From Octopus sinensis (Eukaryota): 11,989 nt of DNA. Position 1 is the first letter of the stretch. Each line of letters opens with the position of its first letter. A program made the position numbers and the translations under genes. Below, piece by piece: positions 1 to 8,333 of this stretch. The stretch is from assembly GCF_006345805.1 (NCBI RefSeq), contig NW_021826726.1:1-11989 (forward strand). The letters are read 5' to 3'. The notes beneath the pieces are model-generated. The model saw nothing but the letters and a program-made list of their open reading frames with translations, was not told where the DNA came from and searched no databases.

Positions 1-442
1 TCTACGGGGGTCAAGGAGAAGACTCTCGATTAACTAGATATAACAGAAAATTCGTCTTTAAATGAATCTCGACCGTCTTCAAGGAAAAGAAATACTGCTC
101 TGGCTAGAACAATCAAAACCCACATAGAAATGTTGATGTTAAGCATTCCATAATGTACTTCACTGGTCATGATGGATGAACTGGAACTTTGATATCGAAC
201 TGGTAAGAGCTCAATTAAGCAATGGCCTACAGTGCCTGATTATCTGTAGAAATATCTCTCAAATCTCGATCTCATTTATTTCCTTGACTGATAGGTTGGT
301 AGCCTTCTGGTAGCCAACCTCATCAAACACCGATAAGAACTTTATGTAATCTGTATTGCCTAAAGTAACGTATGATAACTAACCCAAAATTTTGCGGTAA
401 TTCGCAAGACATGTTCAGTGCTTGTACTGCAATTTCGTTTAT

Positions 443-479
443 TACATGGGTGAGACTTGCTAGAAATAGCAGCCAAATA
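443..479 (-). repeat. Short fragment of a dispersed repeat (inverted homologue of 6700-6737)
   Basis: Reverse complement reads TATTTGGCTGCTATTTCTAGCAAGTCTCACCCATGTA. It aligns to 6700-6737 (CTGCTATTTCTAGCAAGT vs CTGTTATTCCTAGCAGGT, 15/18; CCCATGTA vs CCCACGTA). Orientation is arbitrary. A weaker related copy may lie near 34-52. Confidence 0.55.
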
Positions 480-1520
480 AACCATAAATCTCGCGCAAAT
501 ATATTAAAGTAAAATAAAAGAAAGGAAAGAAAACATTCAACAGTGTAGTAGATAGTTCCAATGAACGAGAATGTCATAGTTGGAACGTCTGTCAAGCCGT
601 AGGTATATCTAGTTTATTAATTCATAGTAGATAGCTTCCCAAATTTTTAGCATATATTTTTGAAGTTAAATCTAGTTTCGATTAACATTACCATATTTGG
701 TAATGTTGAGCATAACTGAACTCAACACGCCCACTAACACATTTTGCAGTCAATCGTATTTGGGGTCAGTTTTGATAGGCGTCGACAAGCAATAACGCAA
801 ATGTTTTAGCTTTTGCGTTTCAATCGAAAAGGAATCCACTAGAAAATTTTGTAAGTTTATGAAAACATTGAATTTCAGCTTTCGATACAAATATCCTTAT
901 TTACGACCGGAAGTTAGACGCTGTATGGCTGAAGATTTTATATGACTTTTCTCAAGTCTTGCTCTGTTATTTAATTATTCTATATTTCACACACATCTAC
1001 TTACAAAAGTACATATCACAAATATAAATGATGTACGATAATATTTAATGTTTTTAAAACATAGTTTAAGATATTTCTTGTTTTAACTAGGCGTTTACAA
1101 CTTCATCAACATTAAACCATAACACTTCTAAAAGTGCGATTAATTTGTCAAGGCTGACACTACGGACAAAAATTAAACTGTTAAATAACTCTATTTTCTT
1201 TAGTAACTTTGTACATATCCTTAGAGGTTTGGATAATTCCCCTTTGGAAACATGGATAGTTCGTTCAACATCCTTAAACAACCCTTATTCAGGGACCTTT
1301 TGAGCGGGATGGGTTACTCGACCAGAAGAAAATTCTAACTGGGCCCCACCTGCAAGGTCATGCGCTGTTTATCTTGATATGAGATCACCATGTCGCACAC
1401 ATATGGTTGTGATGCATGTGCCTGGTGTACCCTTATCAGACGGGTAGTCATGATGGGTGTACTGGGCTTCGTATATTTTACCCCAGTGTTACTTTGATGG
1501 CATGCACTGCTCTCTCACTC

Positions 1521-1555
<35 letters not shown>

Positions 1556-1579
1556 TGACGATGATGATGATAATGATAA
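1521..1579 (+). repeat. Compound trinucleotide microsatellite (AAT)11-(GAT)n
   Basis: Read directly from the sequence. Confidence 0.97.
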
Positions 1580-1628
1580 CATCGAAAAACACCTTAGGAA
1601 TGAGAACCCAGGTTCGAAGTTTTCCCAA

Positions 1629-1671
1629 GACATCTGACGAAGTCTGGAGAGTGTATCAGCCGAAACGTGTC
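1629..1671 (+). ncRNA. Degenerate minimal (type I-like) hammerhead ribozyme motif
   Basis: GACAT-CTGACGA(1634-1640)-A-GTCTG/loop/CAGCC(1642-1661, one mismatch)-GAAA(1662-1665)-CGTGTC. The CUGANGA...GAAA core order is intact, with palindromic ACGT after GAA. Stems I and III are imperfect. Confidence 0.55.
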
Positions 1672-2104
1672 AACAACTAACAAGATGAGGACAAATATCC
1701 GACAAATGTAAATAATGTAAATAATGTACACTATTGTTTTATTACCATTTGATATTTATTTGCTCCTTTCTTAAACCCGATAATATAATGTTAAATTTAG
1801 GGTTCCTGCTCACATCTATGTAATCCAACTTATTAAGCATGAAGGAATTTTCTATACTTCGTCTAAGATTATTCAGTTATAAGACGATAGGATTTGGACT
1901 AAGGGAAATTTGACTACGAATTCTAGAAGGTTGCTTGAGACCGTTCTTGAACTGGTTATAAAATGGGTGATGCAACAATATTTAAATCAATCAAGAATTA
2001 TACAGAATAGAAACAGGAAGAAGCGAAGCCATGTACATCATTGCCAAATACATATATTCGTTCCCTCAGACTAAATTAATGAAATCAATTAAAGCAATGA
2101 TTAT

Positions 2105-2226
2105 ATGCTGGACTAATGATCATACTGATGTACGTTCAATTCATGGATCCGGCAGTGCGATGTACCCTTGAGTAAGGCTTCTCATTTAATGATGGCACTG
2201 TGTACTCGCCTGAAAATGAGTACCAG
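2105..2226 (+). mobile_element. Highly decayed tRNA-derived SINE fragment
   Basis: B-box-like GTTCAATTC at 2134-2142, then TGTACCCTTGAGTAAGGC...ACTCGCCTGAAAATGAGTACC. By eye this aligns weakly with the central domain of the SINE at 3952-4290 (TGTGTTCTTCAGCAACAC...ACTCAGCTGCCGAAATGAGT). Confidence 0.45.
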
Positions 2227-2689
2227 TCGTTGTTTGGTGTAACATGCTGCTCTCTCCTTCCGGCTGTCACATCCTCGATGTTCCGCTAGTGTAAAGAGTG
2301 AAAAGATCGAAGGATCGAGATCTCGTCTGCATGGGCTCGAAACTAGTACAGACCTATAAACAAGTAGCGAAAGTGGGGTACAAACACACAGGTCGTGATC
2401 GCTTACGAGTGGTAGACGAGTGAATAAAAGGATTATTCGTCACCGCTAGAATTTGAAATTGAAACATTGAGAGTGCGGAATATTGTATGGCACAGAGAAC
2501 GGATCGTATGAATTCTCAGATACCATAGCTAGCAACGAGGAGGAGGGGGACGTTCTACAGTTTACCGTAATTCAAGGATTTTAGAATCGTTACACTTCAT
2601 TTCTCAAGGAATTCGGTAAACTTTCGACTTCCCTCGATGTAAATCCTATTTTAATTAACTTTTCCTTTATTCCGAACTCCTATGAGGTT

Positions 2690-2703
2690 ACACACACACA
2701 CAT

Positions 2704-2734
<31 letters not shown>

Positions 2735-3000
2735 GTTACACATGTTTATATGATTATACAAACTTGCGGGTAAGAGTGTATGCAAAATCCTATGAATATA
2801 CATACATACGTACGTATTTACATATACATGTCTTATATTTTGTATATATATATATATATATACATATTGTACGTACATACTATATATATGTATACATATG
2901 CTCATGTATATGTATGTAATTTATATATATATATATATATACATATACACATATGTATACATATATATATAAATACATACATACATATTATGTATATATG

Positions 3001-3041
<41 letters not shown>

Positions 3042-3063
3042 GATATATATTATATATATATAT

Positions 3064-3100
<37 letters not shown>

Positions 3101-3130
3101 GTAATATGTATATGTACACATACATACATA
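2690..3130. repeat. Compound (CA)n/(TA)n/(TATG)n microsatellite region
   Basis: Read directly; interrupted by a short unique spacer at about 2735-2800. Confidence 0.95.
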
Positions 3131-3280
3131 GAAAACCCGCCAATTTCTCAGTGAACCGGTCAATCCTTAGAACAAATTATTTACACAAATTAGACCTACT
3201 TCATAATTCCTGCAATAAAAATGAAAAAAGATAGTTTCCATATTTGCTTACTTTCTTAATTTAATTGTACTGTCGTTATA

Positions 3281-3347
<67 letters not shown>

Positions 3348-3383
3348 TCGTTGTTGTTGTTGTTGCTATTACTATTACTATTT
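3281..3383. repeat. Compound trinucleotide microsatellite (ATT)n-(GTT)n-(ATTACT)n
   Basis: Read directly; it explains the poly-Y/C/L/T/I ORFs at 3256-3551. Confidence 0.97.
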
Positions 3384-3718
3384 TTTGCTCGCTCCTACCA
3401 TCAGAATTTACTTGACATCGCCTCACACATCCACACATCACTTCATTTGACTTCCTTTACTACCTACAGCATTTCACTCTTTCCTAATTATTTTGCATTT
3501 TATTGCACGGCTCATGTCTGTGTAAGTGGAAGGGAAGGAAGTATATTTTAATTTCTTTATCATATACTATTACAATCGTTTCCTATATTCTGAAAGTCTC
3601 ACTTCACTCCTTGACCCGGGTTGGATCTCGGCCAACCCACATAAAATTAAAATCTGAACGAAAAGCAAAAATCCCCCAAATGTAAATGGCTTTACGGAAA
3701 TAATTAGTAAGTTAGCAA

Positions 3719-3875
3719 GGCGCATGCGTAGCGTGTAGTAAGAAGGGGGCATGCTAACTACATGATTCCGGGTTCAGTCCCACTGCGTAGCATCTTGGAC
3801 AATTGCTTACTACTATAGCCTCGGGCTGACTATAGCTTTGTGAGTCAACTTGGTAGACAGAAAATAGGAGAAGCC
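3719..3875 (+). mobile_element. tRNA-derived SINE, 5' half (same family as 10839-11299)
   Basis: Degenerate A-box region GCGTAGCGTGTAG and B-box GGTTCAGTCC at 3771-3780. Collinear with the reverse complement of 11151-11299 (e.g. GGGTTCAGTCCCACTGCGT vs GGGTTCAATCCCACTGCGT; TTGTGAGT..TTGGTAGA..GAAA..AAGCCTG). The 3' half is absent. Confidence 0.88.
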
Positions 3876-3908
3876 TGATTTTTTACCGACTGTTCTTCTT
3901 GGTATATT

Positions 3909-3951
3909 CACACACAGACACACAAACACATACACACACACACACACACAC
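3909..3951. repeat. (CA)n microsatellite, likely the tail of the adjacent minus-strand SINE
   Basis: Read directly; abuts the SINE 3' end at 3952. Confidence 0.9.
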
Positions 3952-4290
3952 AAAGGGGTGGTCCCCTCCGGTCATGAATAACCATGGGATTGCAACTAGA
4001 AAGTTACCCTCCTTGGCAAAAATCTGGGCAAGGGTGTTTATAGAAGACCAGCAGTCACCCATGCATACCAGCTTCCCCTCTCCACGTCACCGATGTTGTC
4101 CGAAGGAAAGGCAAAGGGGCCGATACAGCTTGGTAACAGTGACGTCGCAACTCATTTCGGCAGCTGAGTGTGCTAGAGCAACGTGAAACAAAGTGTGTTG
4201 CTGAAGAACACAACATGCAGCCCGGTCTGGGAATCGAACTCACATCCTCTCGATCGCAAGCTCGACGCTCTAGCCACTGAGCCATGCGCC
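3952..4290 (-). mobile_element. Near full-length tRNA-derived SINE (octopus OK/OR-type class; exact family not assigned)
   Basis: Minus strand begins GGCGCATGGCTCAGTGGCTAGAGCG, with canonical A-box TGGCTCAGTGG (4274-4284) and B-box GAGTTCGATTCC (4230-4241). A CORE/Meta-like central segment TGTTGTGTTCTTCAGCAACACACTT...AAATGAG follows, then a GC-balanced 3' region and a (TG)n tail. Confidence 0.9.
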
Positions 4291-4369
4291 GTCATAATAG
4301 AAAAATTATACAAATGTAAAAATAGTTGATGAGTAAAGCACCGGTACAGTTTAGGTTACTTGTTGTTAT

Positions 4370-4418
4370 CGCAAGAGACCTAGAACAACGGGTCGAAACA
4401 TGTGTCTTACTCAATAAA
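4370..4418 (+). other. Second, more decayed hammerhead/Penelope-end-like remnant
   Basis: CGCAAGA (2 substitutions from CTGAAGA)-GACC/10-nt loop/GGTC-GAAA-CATGTGTC, followed by AATAAA at 4413-4418. Confidence 0.3.
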
Positions 4419-4454
4419 GTCTAATACACATTCCATCTCCTATTTTATTAATAG

Positions 4455-4906
4455 TATATACACACATACATACATGCATACATACATACATACATACATA
4501 CATACACACATACATACATGCATACATACATACATACATACATACATACATACTACATATATGCATGCATGCATACATACATACATGCATGCATACATAC
4601 ATGCATACATACATGCATGCATACATACATGCATGCATACATGCAAACATACATAGATACATACATACATACATACACACATACATACATACATACACAC
4701 ATACATACATACATACATGCATGCATACATACATACATGCATGCATACATACATACATACATACATACATACACACATACATACATACATGCATGCATAC
4801 ATACATACATACATACATACATACATGCATACATACATACATGCATGCATGCATACATACATACATACATGCATGCATGCATACATACATACATACATAC
4901 ATACAT
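4455..4906. repeat. ~450-bp (TACA)n tetranucleotide array with interspersed TGCA/CACA variants
   Basis: Read directly; it produces all HTYI/MYVC ORFs at 4402-4997. Confidence 0.98.
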
Positions 4907-5560
4907 AATTTTATTCCAAAGCACCTTAGTTTCCGTTTCTATCGTATCTCGCGTAATATTCTCTCTGTGTCTTCTACAATCACCTAGGAAAATTTAAAAG
5001 AGGGAAACGGTATAAAACCATGGGAATAAACGGTTACTTTTGAGATGATTGTGTAAATCTGTATCCCCGCTTTAACATCACGTCATCTTCATTTACTTTT
5101 AACGGAGTCGCCTCTTTTGGAAGCCTTCGGTTCAGATCAAATCACCAGTCTGGGTATAAACTTTTTTCTTCATTCATGACAGTCAAGGAAATTAAGAGAT
5201 TTTCAGGGTGGATTATTTTCTTTCCTGCGCAAAATATTAAAAATCCCGACCAAACAATTATTCGCAATGTTTATAAGAAGTGTGTGTATTCTTTGAAGCT
5301 AAGTAAAATCTAACCTTTCAAATACCATCCTTTAATGCAATGCTTTTTTTTCAGAGGAGTGGGGTTTGAAAAAGAACAAAAAGCAATCGGTGTTTTAATA
5401 AAATGGGGACTCTCTAACTTTCTAATCGTGTCCAAGATCAAAGCAAAGAAACAAACATTAAATGTACGTAATCTTCCCTCTTAATGCTTTTTACATGCAT
5501 ACACACACATATGCATAATGATGTATAGACAGATAAATCGAGACATATAGATAGAGTGGA

Positions 5561-5854
5561 ACATACATACATACATACACACATACATACATACATACAT
5601 AATACATACATACATACATACACACACACATACATACATACATACATACATGCATGCATACATACATACATACATACATACATACACACACACCACACAT
5701 ACATACATACATACACATACATACATACATACATACATACATACATACATACATACATACATACATACATAAATACATACATACATACATACATACATAC
5801 ATACATACATACATACATACATACATACATACATACATACATACATACATACAT
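5561..5854. repeat. ~300-bp (TACA)n array
   Basis: Read directly; nearly pure in its 3' half. Confidence 0.98.
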
Positions 5855-6619
5855 GCTGGGAGTTTGGAAAGAACGTTTTATCTTTAAATATCATGTTTAT
5901 ACTAAAGTAAGTTCAGAAAAATGGTCGTTATTGAACACTAGGGGTCGATATGTTATAAAAGGGTCGATAAACACCTGGAACGATTTTGAGCATCATTAAT
6001 AGTCATGACTCATTAGTGAACTGAATCAGGAAGAGTACGGTAATTTAAGGAAAAAATAATTCAAGCCAAATGTCAACACTAAAAACTGGAATTCACCAAA
6101 CACATATTTCACAAAATTTCGACTCCATCAAAATAGTAACTCAATTTCTATTAAAAAGTAGTAATGATACAGTTGAACGAAGGAAATTATTTTTTATTAT
6201 ATGATCTAATTATATTTAAGATTTACATTCTATGGTTGATAAGGTATTAACGGTTCATTTATGGAAAATACACGTCAAGTTACCATTCAGTTGCATCTAC
6301 AAAATTTTATTCCTCAGGACACGTGGGGAGCATGGAATCATCACTGTGAAGGGAGCAAACATATTTCCATGTTTCTATTAAATTAAGATGATATATATGT
6401 TTACCGGTCTTGGAATTCACTGCTTTAATGGAGAAAAAAAATGATAAGTAATGAATTGAATAGCTACCATGTACACAACCCTCCATTTGGTGTTAAAAAA
6501 AAAATCCTATTATATTTTTATAATTAAATATAATTATGATATGTTTAAAAAAAATAGGTGAAATATTTTCTGCCTTGTAGGGATATCAGAAATTTACCGA
6601 GCATAATTTTAAACACAAA

Positions 6620-6676
6620 GTTTTAAAGGGACTCCAAGGGTCATATAGACCACGGTTCAGAACCAGTGTTTTAGAC
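6620..6676. mobile_element. Solo end of a hAT/Charlie-like MITE
   Basis: 6654-6668 reverse complement CACTGGTTCTGAACC resembles the Charlie-type TIR CAGTGGTTCTCAACC (13/15). It is flanked by TTTTAGAC (6669-6676; reverse complement GTCTAAAA), which fits the NTCTARAN hAT-Charlie target preference. No partner TIR was found upstream. Confidence 0.45.
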
Positions 6677-6699
6677 AGTCCAGTGTGATTTGAGGAAAA

Positions 6700-6737
6700 T
6701 ATTACTGTTATTCCTAGCAGGTGGAGCAGCCCACGTA
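6700..6737 (+). repeat. Short fragment of a dispersed repeat (homologue of 443-479) containing a CTCF-like 14-mer
   Basis: In-window alignment to 443-479; CTAGCAGGTGGAGC at 6714-6727. Confidence 0.55.
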
Positions 6738-6794
6738 CAGCATTCGTTGGTAGATGGTGCTGTCTACGTACGTTCTTAATATTAGTGTTGATGT

Positions 6795-6883
6795 GTGTAG
6801 GTGTGTGTGTGTGTGTGTGTGGCATTATATGTAAGTTATTTTTCTCCTCCACCACCATCAACACCACCACCACCACCACCACT
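6795..6883. repeat. (GT)n tract followed by (CAC)n tract
   Basis: Read directly. Confidence 0.9.
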
Positions 6884-7103
6884 ACCTGCTAAACTTCAAA
6901 CACCAAACAATCAACAGTAATAAGGAAGCGGATCTCTGGTGATTAATTACGTCCATATTATTCTTAGGGAAAGAAGAATTCAATTAAAATAAAATTACAA
7001 GCAAAACTGTACCATTTTTGATTATCTTCCGACTGGATTTGCTACTCAGCTCAACCGGCCGGCGAAAAAAACAAAAAAAAAGGACACAAAGAAAAGTAAA
7101 AGA

Positions 7104-7131
7104 ATGTTCAAAGAGCAATATAACCCTACAG
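7104..7131 (+). CDS. Candidate first coding exon portion (MFKEQYNPT+G), product unknown
   Basis: ATG at 7104 with A at -3, then a consensus donor CAG|GTGAGC at 7131/7132 immediately before a microsatellite-rich intron-like region. The same frame is open upstream to 6993. Possible acceptors are TATTCTTAG (6967) and GCTACTCAG (7049). No homology recognised. Confidence 0.3.
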
Positions 7132-7136
7132 GTGAG

Positions 7137-7184
7137 CATATATATATGCGTGTATGTGTGTGTATGCGGCGAGTATAATGTATG

Positions 7185-7242
<58 letters not shown>

Positions 7243-7286
7243 CATACATATATATCTATACATATATATATACACACATATATACA
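7137..7286. repeat. (TA)n/(TG)n/(CA)n microsatellite region
   Basis: Read directly. Confidence 0.95.
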
Positions 7287-7611
7287 CAGCTGCTTGTGTG
7301 GGGATATTCAGAGATACGTAAGTAGTTTTCAGTTTTACGCGTGGGCTGTGATGAATGGAGAGCCATTTAACGTAGGCTCAAATCTGGTTTGTATCACAGC
7401 AAATACTTTCCTCTGAAATTTTATTGTCTTTATTTATTATTATTATTATTTTTTTTTCAATATTGTAACTTTCTTCATACGTATTTACTTCCAATGAAAT
7501 CTGTTTTATCGAAGGCAAAAATTTTGAGTAAGGAGAAAGACTAAAAATAAATAGAACAACCACTTCATATACTTGTATATTTGTACATAGAAGCACACAC
7601 TTACACATAAA

Positions 7612-7623
7612 CATATACGTATT

Positions 7624-7705
<82 letters not shown>

Positions 7706-7792
7706 GTATATATAATATATATATATGTATATATATATATAATATTATATATTATATATATATATATATGTAATGTATATATATATATTATG

Positions 7793-7823
<31 letters not shown>

Positions 7824-7885
7824 TATTTACAGATTCTTAGGGGCAAAAGAATCTGTAATATATAATATATATATTATATATTATT
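7612..7885. repeat. (TA)n array including an uninterrupted run of about 64 nt at 7638-7701
   Basis: Read directly. Confidence 0.97.
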
Positions 7886-8235
7886 ATGCTTAGGGGTTCG
7901 AGTTGAAAATGCTGCAACCTGTATTTTCATCATTTAATCAAAATTTTCCCAACGATAATTGCCAATTTAGTAATATGAAAATATGAAAAAAATTAGAAAA
8001 CATAAATCCGGTATATTTCTTAAATGTTGCAAGAAGTAAACCTGCGTAAAAAATGCTTTTCACTCAGCTCTACCCACGCGCAAAACTATCTATAAACACT
8101 GCTGTTTTTATTTATACATATTAATAAATGCATGCATGTATGTATGTATGCATACAAGCATATATGTATATAAAGCTAAAGAATATAAGACTAAGGGTAT
8201 AGCAATGAAGGAAAACAAGATGATATGTCGTTTAG

Positions 8236-8285
8236 GGACCGTGCAAAAATGTAACATAGAAAATTGGACGCGTACCATTGGAACT
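8236..8285 (+). CDS. Candidate 50-nt internal coding exon (GTVQKCNIENWTRTIGT), product unknown
   Basis: Acceptor GTCGTTTAG| at 8235 and donor ACT|GTGAGT at 8285/8286. The exon starts in phase 1, matching the phase-1 end of 7104-7131, and has no stop in that frame. Confidence 0.3.
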
Positions 8286-8333
8286 GTGAGTGCATACAAA
8301 TATACATACGAAGATGAGTGGGGTGATCAATTT

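Larger units (their letters stand above)
1091..1730 (+). mobile_element. Non-LTR retroelement 3' end, probably Penelope-like (pseudo-LTR/3' region) with internal (AAT)n tract
   Basis: A stop-free 70-codon frame (1091-1303) is followed by a GC-balanced block (1280-1520), (AAT)11/(GAT)n, a hammerhead-like core at 1634-1671 and a short AATAATGTA tandem at 1704-1728. The block ending TGCACTGCTCTCTCACTC-(AAT)n matches my recollection of an abundant octopus repeat. The 5' boundary and family assignment are uncertain. Confidence 0.5.

Noticed and set aside
323-595. 90-aa hydrophobic minus-strand ORF
   Set aside because: It overlaps a dispersed repeat fragment, and the hydrophobicity reflects T-rich composition; no family recognised.
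906-915. ETS-like CCGGAAGT site
   Set aside because: A single short motif with no promoter context; expected by chance.
2315-2352. GAG...CTC-GAAACTAGTA as a third hammerhead
   Set aside because: There is no CTGANGA core upstream of the putative stem II and no stem I.
3952-4290. tRNA-like sequences here and at 3719, 11230-11299 and 11670-11740 as tRNA genes
   Set aside because: They have A/B boxes but no closed acceptor stem, and each continues into a SINE body, so they are SINE heads.
4455-5854. Regularly repeating arrays as a CRISPR-like or coded repeat system
   Set aside because: The unit is 4 bp with no unique spacers and no cas genes, in a eukaryotic context.
5930-5960. TTGAACACTAGGGGTCGAT resembling a SINE 3' module
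   Set aside because: Under 20 bp of similarity, based on recall only, with no flanking support.
6847-6920. Proline-rich frame PPPSTPPPPPPLPAKLQTPNNQQ*
   Set aside because: It derives from a (CAC)n microsatellite, with no start codon or acceptor upstream.
7347-7386. GTGATGA...CTGG as a C/D snoRNA or hammerhead
   Set aside because: Box D is CTGG rather than CTGA, GAAA is absent, and core spacing is wrong; kept only as a hairpin.
1797-8237. Scattered TTAGGG hexamers (about 1797, 6965, 7837, 7891, 8232)
   Set aside because: All are single copies, with no tandem telomeric array.
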